This document shows positions 7,583-17,839 of a DNA stretch of 64,000 nt, in pieces. Source of the DNA: Candidatus Saccharimonadales bacterium (lineage in GTDB: Bacteria > Patescibacteriota > Saccharimonadia > Saccharimonadales > UBA10212); assembly GCA_038245195.1 (NCBI GenBank), contig JBBRSU010000001.1, positions 64,121 to 128,120 of the forward strand, given 5' to 3'. Position numbers and translations under genes: made by a program. How positions within the stretch are numbered: position 1 is the stretch's first letter; each line of letters starts with the position of its first letter. The notes below the pieces were generated by a model. It saw only the letters and a program-made list of their open reading frames with translations, was not told the DNA's origin and searched no databases.

Positions 7583-9727
7583 ATGTCAGACATAATTAAC
7601 CCGTTTGGAAAAAAAATAATTAAGATTAGCACCGACTTTTGTGGTCGGGAGCTGAGTTTAGAAGTCGGTCGGCTGGGTTTTAGAACCAGTGCCTCGGTCT
7701 TAGCCCGCTATGGTGACACCGTAGTGCTCGGCACGGCTATGGTTAGCCCCGAAACCGTAAAAGGTATGGATTATTTCCCTCTAAGTATCGATTACGAGGA
7801 GAAGTTTTACGCCGCTGGTAAGATTAGTGGTAGCCGGTTTATTAAGCGTGAGGGCCGGCCATCCGATGAAGCGATTTTAATTGGCCGGCTAATTGACCGA
7901 CCTATCAGACCACTGTGGCCAAAGGGTTATCGCCATGAAGTGCAGGGCGTAGCCAGCGTTTTAAGCCTAGACCCCGAGTTTAGACCAGATGCCATTGCTA
8001 TGATTGCCATGAGCACCGCCTTTATGCTCACCGGCGTGCCATTTGACGGTCCAATCGCCAGTGTTAGGGTTGGCCTAGAAGCTGGCAAACCCAAAGCCTT
8101 TATGAGCCTGGCTGGTTACGACGAAGGCGAGCTTGATTTGGTAGTTGCTGGTACCAAAGACGCCATTATGATGGTGGAAGCCGGTGCTAACGAAGTTTCT
8201 GAAGATGTAATTATCGAAGCCTTAGCTTTTGCTCAAGAGGCAATTCAGCCAGCTATCGATTTACAGAATCAGTTGGTTGAAAAAGTTGGCGTAACCAAAC
8301 AAACCTTCGAGCTATTACTGCCTAGTGAAGATATTATCAAGTCAGTTGAACAGTGGACCAAAGGTAAGTTGGGCAAAGGTCTGCGAGCACCTTACCCAGA
8401 GCGTAATGACCTTGTGGCTGATTTACGCGTTAAAATGCACGAGCATTTCGAAAAAGAACTGGGCGAAACCGAGTTTGCCGAGCTTAAATCGGTTTACAAT
8501 GAAGCTTTCGAAATGGCCATCTTTAAGGATGTTCGCGAAGGCATCCTTGGTGAAGAAGTTCGACCCGATGGTCGAAAAACTACCGAAATTAGGCAGTTAT
8601 CGAGCCAAACCGGCTTGTTACCACGGGCCCATGGCTCAAGCATATTCACCCGAGGCGTTACCCAGGCTTTAAACATTGTTACGCTGGCACCGCTTAGCTA
8701 TTCCCAGATGGTAGATACCATGGAGCGCGAAGGCGAACGCCGATTTATGCATCATTACAACGCCCCCGGCTATACCGTTGGTGAAGTCCGACGCTTAGGT
8801 TCACCGGGACGCCGAGAAATCGGCCACGGCTACCTGGCCGAGCGGGCTCTTAGTGCAGTTTTGCCAGCCGAAGCCGACTTTCCGTACGCTATGCGCTCAG
8901 TAACCGAGATAATGAGCCAGAATGGTTCTACCAGCATGGCAGCCACTTGTTCAGCCTGCATGGCCTTAATGGACGCTGGCGTGCCCCTAAAAGCCCCAGT
9001 TTCTGGAATTGCTATGGGTTTGATGACCGATGGTAAGAAGTTTGTTATTCTATCGGATATTGCCGATGCCGAAGACTTCGCCGGCGATATGGACTTTAAA
9101 GTGGCCGGCACGGCTAAAGGGATTACGGCTTTACAGATGGATATGAAAGTCCACGGTTTACCGGTTGAAATTCTCAAAAAAGCCTTGATGCAGGGCAAAG
9201 CTGGCCGGGCCGAGATTTTAGAACACATGCTAAGCGTTATTCCTGTAAGTAATAAAGACCTCAGCCCTTATGCACCAAGAGTCGAAGCTATCACCATTAA
9301 CCCCGAGAAAATTCGAGAAGTAATTGGTAAGGGCGGTGAAACTATCAATAAGATTATTGCCGAGACCGGTGCTGAAATTGACATTAAAGACGACGGCACT
9401 GTAATGATTGCTAGCCCCGATAAGACCAGCATTGATGCGGCTATTTTATACATTCGAAACTTAACAGCCGAACCAGAAGTTGGTAAGATATACGAAGATT
9501 GCCGTGTGGTCAGTGTCCTGGATTTCGGTGCATTTGTGGAAATAATGCCGGGTAAGGAAGGACTGGTCCACGTTAGTGAAATGAAAGACGAACGAGTGGA
9601 AAAACCTAGCGATGTAGTTAAAGAAGGCGATAAAGTTACCGTTAAGTTGGTAGCGATTGATGATCGCGGCCGGTTACAGCTCTCCATGAAAGCCGCCGCT
9701 CGCGAACAAAACGGAGGAAAAGTTTAA
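7583..9727 (+). CDS. pnp: polynucleotide phosphorylase
   Basis: Two RNase PH domains, FAGDMDFKVAGT motif, KH domain (GKGGETINKI) and S1 domain (GKIYEDCRVVSVLDFGAFVEI). Confidence 0.97.
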   Translation: MSDIINPFGKKIIKISTDFCGRELSLEVGRLGFRTSASVLARYGDTVVLGTAMVSPETVKGMDYFPLSIDYEEKFYAAGKISGSRFIKREGRPSDEAILIGRLIDRPIRPLWPKGYRHEVQGVASVLSLDPEFRPDAIAMIAMSTAFMLTGVPFDGPIASVRVGLEAGKPKAFMSLAGYDEGELDLVVAGTKDAIMMVEAGANEVSEDVIIEALAFAQEAIQPAIDLQNQLVEKVGVTKQTFELLLPSEDIIKSVEQWTKGKLGKGLRAPYPERNDLVADLRVKMHEHFEKELGETEFAELKSVYNEAFEMAIFKDVREGILGEEVRPDGRKTTEIRQLSSQTGLLPRAHGSSIFTRGVTQALNIVTLAPLSYSQMVDTMEREGERRFMHHYNAPGYTVGEVRRLGSPGRREIGHGYLAERALSAVLPAEADFPYAMRSVTEIMSQNGSTSMAATCSACMALMDAGVPLKAPVSGIAMGLMTDGKKFVILSDIADAEDFAGDMDFKVAGTAKGITALQMDMKVHGLPVEILKKALMQGKAGRAEILEHMLSVIPVSNKDLSPYAPRVEAITINPEKIREVIGKGGETINKIIAETGAEIDIKDDGTVMIASPDKTSIDAAILYIRNLTAEPEVGKIYEDCRVVSVLDFGAFVEIMPGKEGLVHVSEMKDERVEKPSDVVKEGDKVTVKLVAIDDRGRLQLSMKAAAREQNGGKV

Positions 9728-9732
9728 CCCCC

Positions 9733-9951
9733 ATGGCCAGACGAGTTAGCCGCCGCACAAACGAACAAATTCTAATGCAATCCTGGTGGGTTAGGAGCGG
9801 CTTAGCAATCGCTTTCATTGGCCTGGCTTACGGCTTTGCCAGCCTAGCCATCGACTCTGGCAGTTTGTTAGAGTACGCGGCAGCGATTTTCTGTATCTGG
9901 TACGGCTTTCATAACACTATCCGGGCCTTCCGTTTGGTTTTTTTCAACTAG
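9733..9951 (+). CDS. small membrane protein (72 aa)
   Basis: Two hydrophobic segments, tightly packed between pnp and the UDG gene. Confidence 0.45.
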   Translation: MARRVSRRTNEQILMQSWWVRSGLAIAFIGLAYGFASLAIDSGSLLEYAAAIFCIWYGFHNTIRAFRLVFFN

Positions 9952-9955
9952 ATAT

Positions 9956-10522
9956 ATGTCCAAGTCCAAAACCCAGTCATTAGACGAAATTAAGGAGATG
10001 ATAATTAAACAAAAAATTTGTCCAAAGCTCGCCCAAGGAGCTACTCAGCTAGTTTTTGGCGATGGTAACCCAGATGCCGAACTGGTATTTATTGGCGAAG
10101 CCCCCGGTAAAAAAGAAGATGAGCTGGGCTTGCCGTTTGTGGGAGCCGCTGGCAAATTTTTAGATGAAATGCTGGGCTATATCGGGCTTAAGCGAAAAGA
10201 TATCTATATTACTAACATCGTAAAATATCGCCCGCCTGATAATCGCGACCCGCTGCCAGAAGAAAAAATCGCTTTTTTACCTTTTTTGCGTTCCCAGCTA
10301 GATGTTATTGCCCCCAAACTTGTGGTTACCCTTGGTCGCCACAGCATGGATAGCCTGTTGCCGGGCCTGCAAATCAGCCAAGTTCACGGCCAGCCCAAAC
10401 GCTACCAAGGCCGAGTTTACTTGCCGCTGTTTCATCCGGCGGCAGCCCTTTATAACGGAGCTTTGCGCCAAACTTTAATTGACGACTTTGGACGAATACC
10501 AACAGTCCTGGCGGCAATTTAA
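9956..10522 (+). CDS. uracil-DNA glycosylase, family 4
   Basis: [27 protein letters not shown] and [10 protein letters not shown] motifs, typical of family-4 UDG. Confidence 0.9.
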   Translation: MSKSKTQSLDEIKEMIIKQKICPKLAQGATQLVFGDGNPDAELVFIGEAPGKKEDELGLPFVGAAGKFLDEMLGYIGLKRKDIYITNIVKYRPPDNRDPLPEEKIAFLPFLRSQLDVIAPKLVVTLGRHSMDSLLPGLQISQVHGQPKRYQGRVYLPLFHPAAALYNGALRQTLIDDFGRIPTVLAAI

Positions 10523-10573
10523 ATAATTTGAAATCTATTAAATCTCTAAAGATAAGAAAGGAAAAATATATAG

Positions 10574-12634
10574 ATGAATCCAAATAACAACAAACCAGCT
10601 CCTAAACGGAGCAACCCAAAAAATTCCAACCGCGGCCAAACAGCCACTGGTCGGAATATTAGCCGCGGTGCGGCCTTACGGGCCCAAAAACAGTCCGTAC
10701 AAGATGCCAACCGCGTAGCTAATCAATATTTAGATGCGGCCACTAAAGACGGCGACAAACCGCGCCGTGCCAACGTCATAGATGATAGCCCCCGACTTAA
10801 AATAGTTGGTTTGGGCGGTTTTGACGAGGGCGGAGCCAAAAATATGATGGTAATCGAATACCAAAACGATGCGATTGTAATTGACTGCGGAAGCGACCTA
10901 GGTGTCGACTTGCCGGGTATCAATTACGGCATCGCCGATACCACCTATCTAGACCAAATCAAATCCAAAATTCGTGGTTTTGTAATCACCCACGGTCACT
11001 TAGACCACATGGGTGCCCTACCGCACATTTTGCCCAAATACTCAGTGCCGGTATACGGCAGCCGCTTTACTATCGGCCGAGTAGAGGAAATCTTTGAAAA
11101 CTTTGGTGTTCCAATGCCTGACGGCTTTGAGCTAAAGACCGTGGTCATGAATGAAGACAGCCACGAACGACTTAAACTGGGCGAGTTCTTTATTGAGCTA
11201 ATCCGGGTGACCCACTCAATCCCTGGCAGTACCATGGTGGTGGTAGACACTCCGGTAGGACGCTTAATTAACACTGGTGACTTCCGCCTAGACCCTAACC
11301 CTTTGGATCATGAACGAACCGACATCCCACGCTTAGAAGAGTTGGCTAAAGAGGGCGTGTTTGCACTTTTAAGTGAATCGACCACTACTGAACGACCTGG
11401 CCGAACCCCATCGGAATCGACCATCGAGAAAAGTTTCATAGATATTATGGACAATGCCCCTGGTAGGATTTTTGTCGGCCTGTTTAGTACCAATATGAAC
11501 CGTGTTCAAATGATTGTTAATGCCGCCGTGCACCACAATAAGAAAGTGGCCATGGATGGCCGTAGCATGATTTCAACCTTGGAAATGGCTGTTAGAAACG
11601 GTTTCATGAAAATTCCTAAAGGGACTTTTGTGCCGATTGCTAGCGTACCAAGTCTAAAAGACGACAATGTCGTCGTAGTTTGTACCGGTAGCCAAGGTGA
11701 ACCTAACTCGGCGCTGATGCGTATGAGCACCGGCGACCACAAACACATTAGCCTAAAAGAGCAGGACACTGTGATTTTATCGAGTAGTCCAATTCCATAT
11801 ACAGGCAATGACTCTTTGGTTAGATCCATGGTGGATGACTTAATGCGTAAGGGCGTGCACGTACATCGGCACGAAACTCACATTGCCGATAAAGGCGGTC
11901 CTCTGCACGTATCCGGGCACGCCAGCCAAGACGAATATAGCGAAATGATAACTCGCATAAAACCGAAGTTCTTCATTCCAATTTACGGCGATTACACCGC
12001 CAAAAAATATCACATCGATTTAGCTGTCGAACAAGGTATTCCCAGAGCCAGCACTATCAATGCCGGCAACGGCGACATAATTAGCTTTACTAAAGACAAA
12101 ATGGAACTTGTAGGCCAAACCCCCCATGGAACGATTTTGGTCGACCAAACTGGGGCAATTGTAAGCACTATCGTAGTTAAGGACCGAGTGTTACTGGCCG
12201 AAGAAGGCCTTGTAGCAGTAGTGCTGACAATCGATAAGAAAAACGGTGCATTGCTAACCAGCCCAGATATCATTAGCCGTGGTTTCATTTACATGAAAGA
12301 TAACGAAGAGCTAATGAATGCCTTCCGTAATGAGCTACGTCGAGCCGTCCAACAACGCTTCAAACGAGTTGACTTAGACCGCTTCAAAGCCGAACTGAAA
12401 GATTACGTGACGCACTTTCTGTATGAACAAACTCAACGCAGCCCAATTGTAATCCCAGTGGTTAATATCATTGGCGGTCGCAATGAAAAAGCTAACAACG
12501 ATACCCATAAACCAGCTGCTAATGGCGAAGGGCCGGATGTGCCTAAGACTCCTGAAGAAATTGGCTTAGAGCAACAGCGGCGATTTGCCCAGATGCGCCA
12601 ACGCCTACTGAATCAGGATGCACGAGTAGATTAG
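10574..12634 (+). CDS. rnj: ribonuclease J
   Basis: Metallo-beta-lactamase HGHLDHMG motif, beta-CASP region and a SGHASQDE-type motif. Carries a basic N-terminal extension of about 75 aa. Confidence 0.93.
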   Translation: MNPNNNKPAPKRSNPKNSNRGQTATGRNISRGAALRAQKQSVQDANRVANQYLDAATKDGDKPRRANVIDDSPRLKIVGLGGFDEGGAKNMMVIEYQNDAIVIDCGSDLGVDLPGINYGIADTTYLDQIKSKIRGFVITHGHLDHMGALPHILPKYSVPVYGSRFTIGRVEEIFENFGVPMPDGFELKTVVMNEDSHERLKLGEFFIELIRVTHSIPGSTMVVVDTPVGRLINTGDFRLDPNPLDHERTDIPRLEELAKEGVFALLSESTTTERPGRTPSESTIEKSFIDIMDNAPGRIFVGLFSTNMNRVQMIVNAAVHHNKKVAMDGRSMISTLEMAVRNGFMKIPKGTFVPIASVPSLKDDNVVVVCTGSQGEPNSALMRMSTGDHKHISLKEQDTVILSSSPIPYTGNDSLVRSMVDDLMRKGVHVHRHETHIADKGGPLHVSGHASQDEYSEMITRIKPKFFIPIYGDYTAKKYHIDLAVEQGIPRASTINAGNGDIISFTKDKMELVGQTPHGTILVDQTGAIVSTIVVKDRVLLAEEGLVAVVLTIDKKNGALLTSPDIISRGFIYMKDNEELMNAFRNELRRAVQQRFKRVDLDRFKAELKDYVTHFLYEQTQRSPIVIPVVNIIGGRNEKANNDTHKPAANGEGPDVPKTPEEIGLEQQRRFAQMRQRLLNQDARVD

Positions 12635-12652
12635 TTAAGCACAGGTTTTGTA

Positions 12653-12681
12653 TTGACTTCTGATGGTTAAGGGAGTGTAAT
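12653..12681 (+). promoter_or_regulatory. sigma70-like promoter upstream of the 12737 ORF
   Basis: TTGACT (12653-12658), 17-nt spacer, TGTAAT (12676-12681). Confidence 0.35.
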
Positions 12682-12736
12682 CAAAATTAATCAGTCTCCA
12701 CAATAAACAAAGACTGAAAACAAAAGGGGCTTAAAA

Positions 12737-13405
12737 ATGAGTGAACTGGCAACCGGCTCCGCGAAAGCGGAAGCATCATTACGTTTGTTACATTACGCGC
12801 AGATGGCTGACTACTTTTTAGACAAAGGCCATGCAGAATACTCTAAAACCGTCCAAGAACTTGAAAAGAGTCTAGTGGCAATTCAATATGCCTCAATGCT
12901 AGAGGTTCCACAGTACACTACAATTCGATTGCCTTTGCGGCCACGTACCGAAATACCCTTCAGCTTTTACGAGCAAAAAAGTAAGCGTGCAAAAGAAGCC
13001 ACAGATGGTCTTAGAGTCTACTATGAGGATGATGTGCCGGCTGAGACTAAAGATTTATTATTAATGAATGAATTAATAACCCATAGTCAAGTCCTGGATG
13101 ATGCTCGCGACGAAAAAGGTGACGGAGAGGTGTTGAGTAGGGGTTTTTATGATGAAACAACGCTTTATTTTGTCGAGCAATATGGTGAAGACTCGGTAGG
13201 TAAATATTTGACTTGGTCGGCTACTAATTTAATGCCAAAATCATTTATTGCTAAGCCAAAAGCTATGAATAACATGCCCTTTTTGACTTCAAAGGATCGT
13301 AATGACTTTGCTAATAATATTTTTGATTCAATTGACGAATTACCAACGGCGACGATTGACGAATCAGAAGTAGTTCGGACTTGGATACATCGAAAAGCCG
13401 CTTAG
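12737..13405 (+). CDS. hypothetical protein (orphan, acidic)
   Basis: 222-aa ORF with its own promoter-like signal. No recognisable motif. Confidence 0.5.
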   Translation: MSELATGSAKAEASLRLLHYAQMADYFLDKGHAEYSKTVQELEKSLVAIQYASMLEVPQYTTIRLPLRPRTEIPFSFYEQKSKRAKEATDGLRVYYEDDVPAETKDLLLMNELITHSQVLDDARDEKGDGEVLSRGFYDETTLYFVEQYGEDSVGKYLTWSATNLMPKSFIAKPKAMNNMPFLTSKDRNDFANNIFDSIDELPTATIDESEVVRTWIHRKAA

Positions 13406-13406
13406 C

Positions 13407-13436
13407 TTGACAGTTTAAGCATAAACGTGTTATAAT
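13407..13436 (+). promoter_or_regulatory. consensus sigma70-like promoter upstream of ftsK
   Basis: TTGACA (13407-13412), 18-nt spacer, TATAAT (13431-13436). Both hexamers match consensus perfectly. Confidence 0.5.
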
Positions 13437-13490
13437 TACAACGCTACCATCATCTGTTAAGATGGTATTAAACAGGTTATACTTAATCGC

Positions 13491-15680
13491 ATGGCAAAAA
13501 AAGCAAAACGTGGCCGGCCAGTTGGCAAAAAAGCCATAAAAAAATCTAAAAGTAACTCGGGTTTCTGGCGAGCTGTTAGTGCCGTTTTTTTGATAATCTT
13601 CGGTGTTGTGCTTTTATTCGGAGCTTTTATTACTGCTCCGATTCCACACAGTATTTGGAACGGTTTTTGGTGGGCCCTGGGTGGTGCCACAATTGTCGCC
13701 CCAGTTGCCCTTGTTTATCTAGGACTTTTAAAGTTTATTAACGAGGAACAACGGATTCCGTTACCTAATATGGTCGGTACCCTAGGTCTGCTGACTTTTT
13801 TGGCTAGTTGGTTACATGTGGCTTTCTTGCCTAACGGTCATGGTGGACAAGTTGGCCAAACCGTAGGAAACGTATTGGCAAATTCTTTGGGCGACTTCTT
13901 GGCTGGGTTGGTTTTCTTTTTACTAACCGTCTTTTCATTCTTATTCACTTTTGCTATCGACCCCCGTTCCTTGCTCAAATTACTGAATATATTTAAGCGT
14001 GAACCCAAGGAAGAAATCGACCAAGAAGACTTGGGCGAGCTTAAGAAAAAAATGGCACCCGATTTTCAACTTCACGAGGGAGTACCAGTGGAACATCATG
14101 GTGCCCAGGCTCGAATGACCAGCTTACGTGGTAGTGCCGAAAAGTTGACACCAACTAACAACCAAGCCGCTTTAACCACCCTCAATGACCCCGATTGGCA
14201 ATTCCCATCGCTAGAGTTACTCAGCACCAAGCAAGATAAAGCCGACGCCGGCGATGTCAAAGGCAACGCCGAGATTATTAAAGATACCTATTCAAACTTC
14301 GGCATAGATATAGATGTTGAGGGTGCTAATGTTGGCCCAAGAGTTACTCAGTACACCTTAAAACCACCTGCCGGTGTAAAACTAACCAAACTAACCGCCC
14401 TAGAGCACAACTTGGCTTTAGATTTAGCTGCCACCAGCCTGCGAATGGAAGCACCAATCCCTGGCAAACGAGCGGTTGGCATTGAAGTCCCTAACGTAAA
14501 GGCCGCAACAGTTACGTTGCGAGGTCTACTAAGTAGCCCAGAATGGTCAGAAGCAAAAGGTGCACTTTCGTTCGTGGTTGGCAAAGATATTGCCGGCTTA
14601 CCAGTGGTGGCCGACCTGGAGGAAATGCCCCACTTACTAATCGCCGGACAAACCAAGTCTGGTAAGTCAGTAATGATAAATACCTTGCTCGCCAGCTTCT
14701 TGTACCGTAATACTCCTTCTGATCTAAAGTTGATATTGGTAGACCCGAAGCACGTTGAAATGGCACCCTATGAGGATATCCCCCATCTTTTGGCACCGGT
14801 AGTAACTGAACCAGAAAAGTGCATTAGTGCCCTAAAGTGGGCAGTGGCCGAGATGGAACGCCGGCTTAAAACCTTCGCCGAGGTTAAACAACGTGATATT
14901 CAGGGCTATAACGCCCTCAAAAAAGAAGAGGGGATGCCCCACATTGTGATCGTGATTGATGAGCTGGCCGATCTTATGATGGTCGCTAGCCGTGACGTTG
15001 AGGCTTTGATTGCCCGGATTGCCCAAAAAGCCCGGGCGGCCGGCATTCACTTAGTACTAGCTACCCAGAGACCGGATGCCAATGTGGTTACAGGCATTAT
15101 CAAGGCCAACGTGCCGGCCCAAATTGCTTTCGCCGTCAAAGACCAAATTAACAGCCGAATTATTATCGACCAACCTGGCGCCGAAAAACTGCTGGGCAAA
15201 GGTGATGGTTTGTTTAAAACTACTGATTTACCACGACCAATCCGTGTCCAGGGGGCCCTGATAACTGGTGATGAAACCAACAAAGTTTGCGATTTTCTGC
15301 GTGGCCAACGACCGCCAAATTATGACAATGAAGTTATCAGCCAGCCGGTTCAGCTAGGAAAAGGCGGAGTGGTGGCCAGCACCGATACCAGCGGCGATGA
15401 TGATGAAACCTTGCGCGATGCCGTAACGGTTGTAGTGGCCGCTGGTAAAGCCAGCACCAGTTTGTTGCAGCGTAAACTGCGGGTTGGTTATGGCCGAGCC
15501 AGCCGAATTATGGACGTTATGGAAGAACGCGGCATTATTGCCATGAGTGACGGTACCAATCGGCCACGTGAAGTTTTAGTTAGTAGTGCCGATGAAGTGT
15601 TTGGCAACGGTGAGACCGAGCCAGTTGGCGCTGTGCCGGCTGGTGATGGCGATGTCTACGATGACATGCCCAATGAGTAA
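13491..15680 (+). CDS. ftsK: DNA translocase FtsK/SpoIIIE
   Basis: N-terminal TM helices, Walker A GQTKSGKS, Walker B IVIVIDELADLM and a C-terminal gamma winged-helix (LLQRKLRVGYGRASRIMDVMEERGII). Confidence 0.95.
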   Translation: MAKKAKRGRPVGKKAIKKSKSNSGFWRAVSAVFLIIFGVVLLFGAFITAPIPHSIWNGFWWALGGATIVAPVALVYLGLLKFINEEQRIPLPNMVGTLGLLTFLASWLHVAFLPNGHGGQVGQTVGNVLANSLGDFLAGLVFFLLTVFSFLFTFAIDPRSLLKLLNIFKREPKEEIDQEDLGELKKKMAPDFQLHEGVPVEHHGAQARMTSLRGSAEKLTPTNNQAALTTLNDPDWQFPSLELLSTKQDKADAGDVKGNAEIIKDTYSNFGIDIDVEGANVGPRVTQYTLKPPAGVKLTKLTALEHNLALDLAATSLRMEAPIPGKRAVGIEVPNVKAATVTLRGLLSSPEWSEAKGALSFVVGKDIAGLPVVADLEEMPHLLIAGQTKSGKSVMINTLLASFLYRNTPSDLKLILVDPKHVEMAPYEDIPHLLAPVVTEPEKCISALKWAVAEMERRLKTFAEVKQRDIQGYNALKKEEGMPHIVIVIDELADLMMVASRDVEALIARIAQKARAAGIHLVLATQRPDANVVTGIIKANVPAQIAFAVKDQINSRIIIDQPGAEKLLGKGDGLFKTTDLPRPIRVQGALITGDETNKVCDFLRGQRPPNYDNEVISQPVQLGKGGVVASTDTSGDDDETLRDAVTVVVAAGKASTSLLQRKLRVGYGRASRIMDVMEERGIIAMSDGTNRPREVLVSSADEVFGNGETEPVGAVPAGDGDVYDDMPNE

Positions 15681-15695
15681 TAAATGAGTTGTGTC

Positions 15696-15740
15696 GGCGT
15701 GAGCCCGAGTGCATTTCTGCATCCGGACTCACGCCTTTTC
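15696..15740. terminator. hairpin terminator after ftsK (shared with the convergent gene)
   Basis: ggcgtgag (15696-15703) pairs with ctcacgcc (15728-15735), with an inner tgca...tgca pairing, followed by tttt. Confidence 0.55.
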
Positions 15741-16235
15741 GGTCTGTCTTTTGGCTAGTTGCAACCCGCTCAGGACATCCCTTAGTGTGATCTGGCCAAA
15801 AACAAACTGATCGTTTAGCCAGAACATAAACGGGTTCATTAGAAGACCTTCCGGAATGAGAATCAGTTTGGTGATTGGCATCGGAATCCCGAGTAGGCCA
15901 CTCAGAATTAATGCCAGTCCTTGATTCTTGGTGAACATTATTACCTCAGTACCAGCGTTCTTGACTGTGCAGATTCTCAAACGGGTCTTGCGGTGTCGCC
16001 AGATCCAAATGTTTACACCGAAAGCACCGCATCCCCAGGTAACGGTGACGCACGCGTTTACAATCAAGCCATGGCCATAGTCGGCCACACCCACGAAAAT
16101 GATTACGTACTTTACGGTCCATTGGCCGGCACTACTGATATTAGTCTTCCACCACTCCGGATTATGGCTCAGCCCCCTAAGGTATCGGAGGAGACGGTTC
16201 TGCGGCATTGGCACATCAAATACTAGCGTGCCCAC
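15729..16235 (-). CDS. hypothetical protein (orphan)
   Basis: AAGGAGG lies 6 nt upstream of an in-frame GTG at 16235, so that start is preferred over the track's TTG at 16259. Trp-rich sequence with no known motif. Confidence 0.45.
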   Translation of the reverse strand: MGTLVFDVPMPQNRLLRYLRGLSHNPEWWKTNISSAGQWTVKYVIIFVGVADYGHGLIVNACVTVTWGCGAFGVNIWIWRHRKTRLRICTVKNAGTEVIMFTKNQGLALILSGLLGIPMPITKLILIPEGLLMNPFMFWLNDQFVFGQITLRDVLSGLQLAKRQTEKA

Positions 16236-16420
16236 TTGTTCCCTCCTTTTTGGTTGCAAATTTTTCGAAGACCTAGTCCAAAGCGCCTCCGCGCTAAGAC
16301 TTAAGCTAACACTACAACTTAATTGTTAGGCTAGCAAACATAAACATTTTACTTGCATTTTAGTCGATCACTTTTTATAGTTATGTTTAGAGTGAAAATA
16401 AAAATCGGAAATCAAAAAAT

Positions 16421-17296
16421 ATGGCAGAAGGTAGACTAGCACCAGCCAAGCATCAATCACGGGAACATGATGTATCCGCGCCCCAGAATGGCGCGGATTT
16501 TTTATTCGCCGAAAAATATAAAAAAATCCTGAAATCACTTCACTATCACAAAGGCTACCAGTTTACTCCCATGGATGAAACTACGATGATCCCTTATCCA
16601 CTTTTACCCCATGAAGGATCGCCGGCAAAGTTAAGCCTACACCATGCGGCCCACCCACGGGGCAGAAAAGAATTGATTAATACCGATAACGGGGATGTTA
16701 TACGTACTGCCAGAATGCAATGGGTAGCTGGACCTGCTGGGAGTGTTGCTTTAGGCAAAAAGCCTACAGACCTTCATCAACCTCATCAGCGGTACCACTA
16801 TTTCTACAAGGGGCTGGAGTGGCTGCCGTCTACAGAAGATGAGCAGTTTGCCTATGGAGTTTGGGCGGGGTCGTTATATGTCCCAGATTTTGGCCTGGAT
16901 GTAAGCGGCGAAAAAGCTAAAGTCAGAAAATTAACTGAAGCTCAGAAGGATCTTCTTCACGCGGGACAGATAAAAATTGGTGCACCCGAATACCTTAACT
17001 TATTCCTGAGGCGTTATGTTATTAAGCATGGTGTGCCCTATGTCGACGGCATGATAATTGATGACTTTATGAATACAGAAGATAACGATTCAAGGATTAA
17101 CATTGGAAGAAAGATACTAAGGCAGGCTAGTGAATCTGTAACTGAGCCTATCCAAACGGACTTCGAGAAAGCTCATAGAAGGCATAGAATCAGCCCGTAT
17201 CTCGGCATAAGTGCTGCCCAGGCTGTAAATATAAATATTGTTAATGGCAATCAAGAAAAACTCGTACGACAACTACGCACCGCTATTGCTGCATAG
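16421..17296 (+). CDS. hypothetical protein (orphan)
   Basis: 291-aa ORF with no recognisable motif. AT-rich upstream region. Confidence 0.55.
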   Translation: MAEGRLAPAKHQSREHDVSAPQNGADFLFAEKYKKILKSLHYHKGYQFTPMDETTMIPYPLLPHEGSPAKLSLHHAAHPRGRKELINTDNGDVIRTARMQWVAGPAGSVALGKKPTDLHQPHQRYHYFYKGLEWLPSTEDEQFAYGVWAGSLYVPDFGLDVSGEKAKVRKLTEAQKDLLHAGQIKIGAPEYLNLFLRRYVIKHGVPYVDGMIIDDFMNTEDNDSRINIGRKILRQASESVTEPIQTDFEKAHRRHRISPYLGISAAQAVNINIVNGNQEKLVRQLRTAIAA

Positions 17297-17402
17297 GCTT
17301 TACAAACAGGGGTGAATAAGGTACAATTAGCAGCGTAAACAACTAATTCAGGTTGGGGCAATCAACATGGCGCCCAGCCTTAAACCAGAGGAAGGAGTTC
17401 AT

Positions 17403-17822
17403 TTGAACCAATACGAAATTGCGGTGCTTTATCACCCAGATTTAGAAATAGATTTGGAAAAAGCCGAAAACCGCGTCAAGAAAATCATTGCCGATAACGG
17501 TGGCAAGATTACCAAGACCGACAACTGGGGTAAACGAAAGCTGGCTTACACAATTGCTAAGCAAGAGTTTGCCGTCTACGTTTTTTATACAGTCGAAATC
17601 CCGGCCGAGAACGTCGCCAAGGTTGAACAAACCTTTAATATAACGGATGAGATAATTCGTTTCTTAATCACTAAGCCCGATTTGAAAGCAGCCGAGAAAG
17701 CCGAGGTTCTTCGAGTTGAGAAAGCCAAGAAAGCCGCCGAGCGTGGTGATCGAGCCGACGACGATGATGAACCCGAGGATGAACCTACTCGGCGGCCACG
17801 ACGTAATAGAACAGAAGTATAA
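17403..17822 (+). CDS. rpsF: 30S ribosomal protein S6
   Basis: A TTG start at 17403 (AGGAG 5 nt upstream) gives the canonical S6 N-terminus MNQYEIAVLYHPD. The track's ATG at 17367 would add 12 aa. An acidic/basic C-terminal tail is present. rpsF-ssb-rpsR synteny. Confidence 0.9.
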   Translation: MNQYEIAVLYHPDLEIDLEKAENRVKKIIADNGGKITKTDNWGKRKLAYTIAKQEFAVYVFYTVEIPAENVAKVEQTFNITDEIIRFLITKPDLKAAEKAEVLRVEKAKKAAERGDRADDDDEPEDEPTRRPRRNRTEV

Positions 17823-17839
17823 GCGAGGATATTAAAGAC

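Noticed and set aside
8325-9687. Internal alternative-frame and antisense ORFs within pnp (8325-8672, 8830-9228, 9268-9687)
   Set aside because: PNPase identity in the main frame is unequivocal. These are frame-shadow ORFs.
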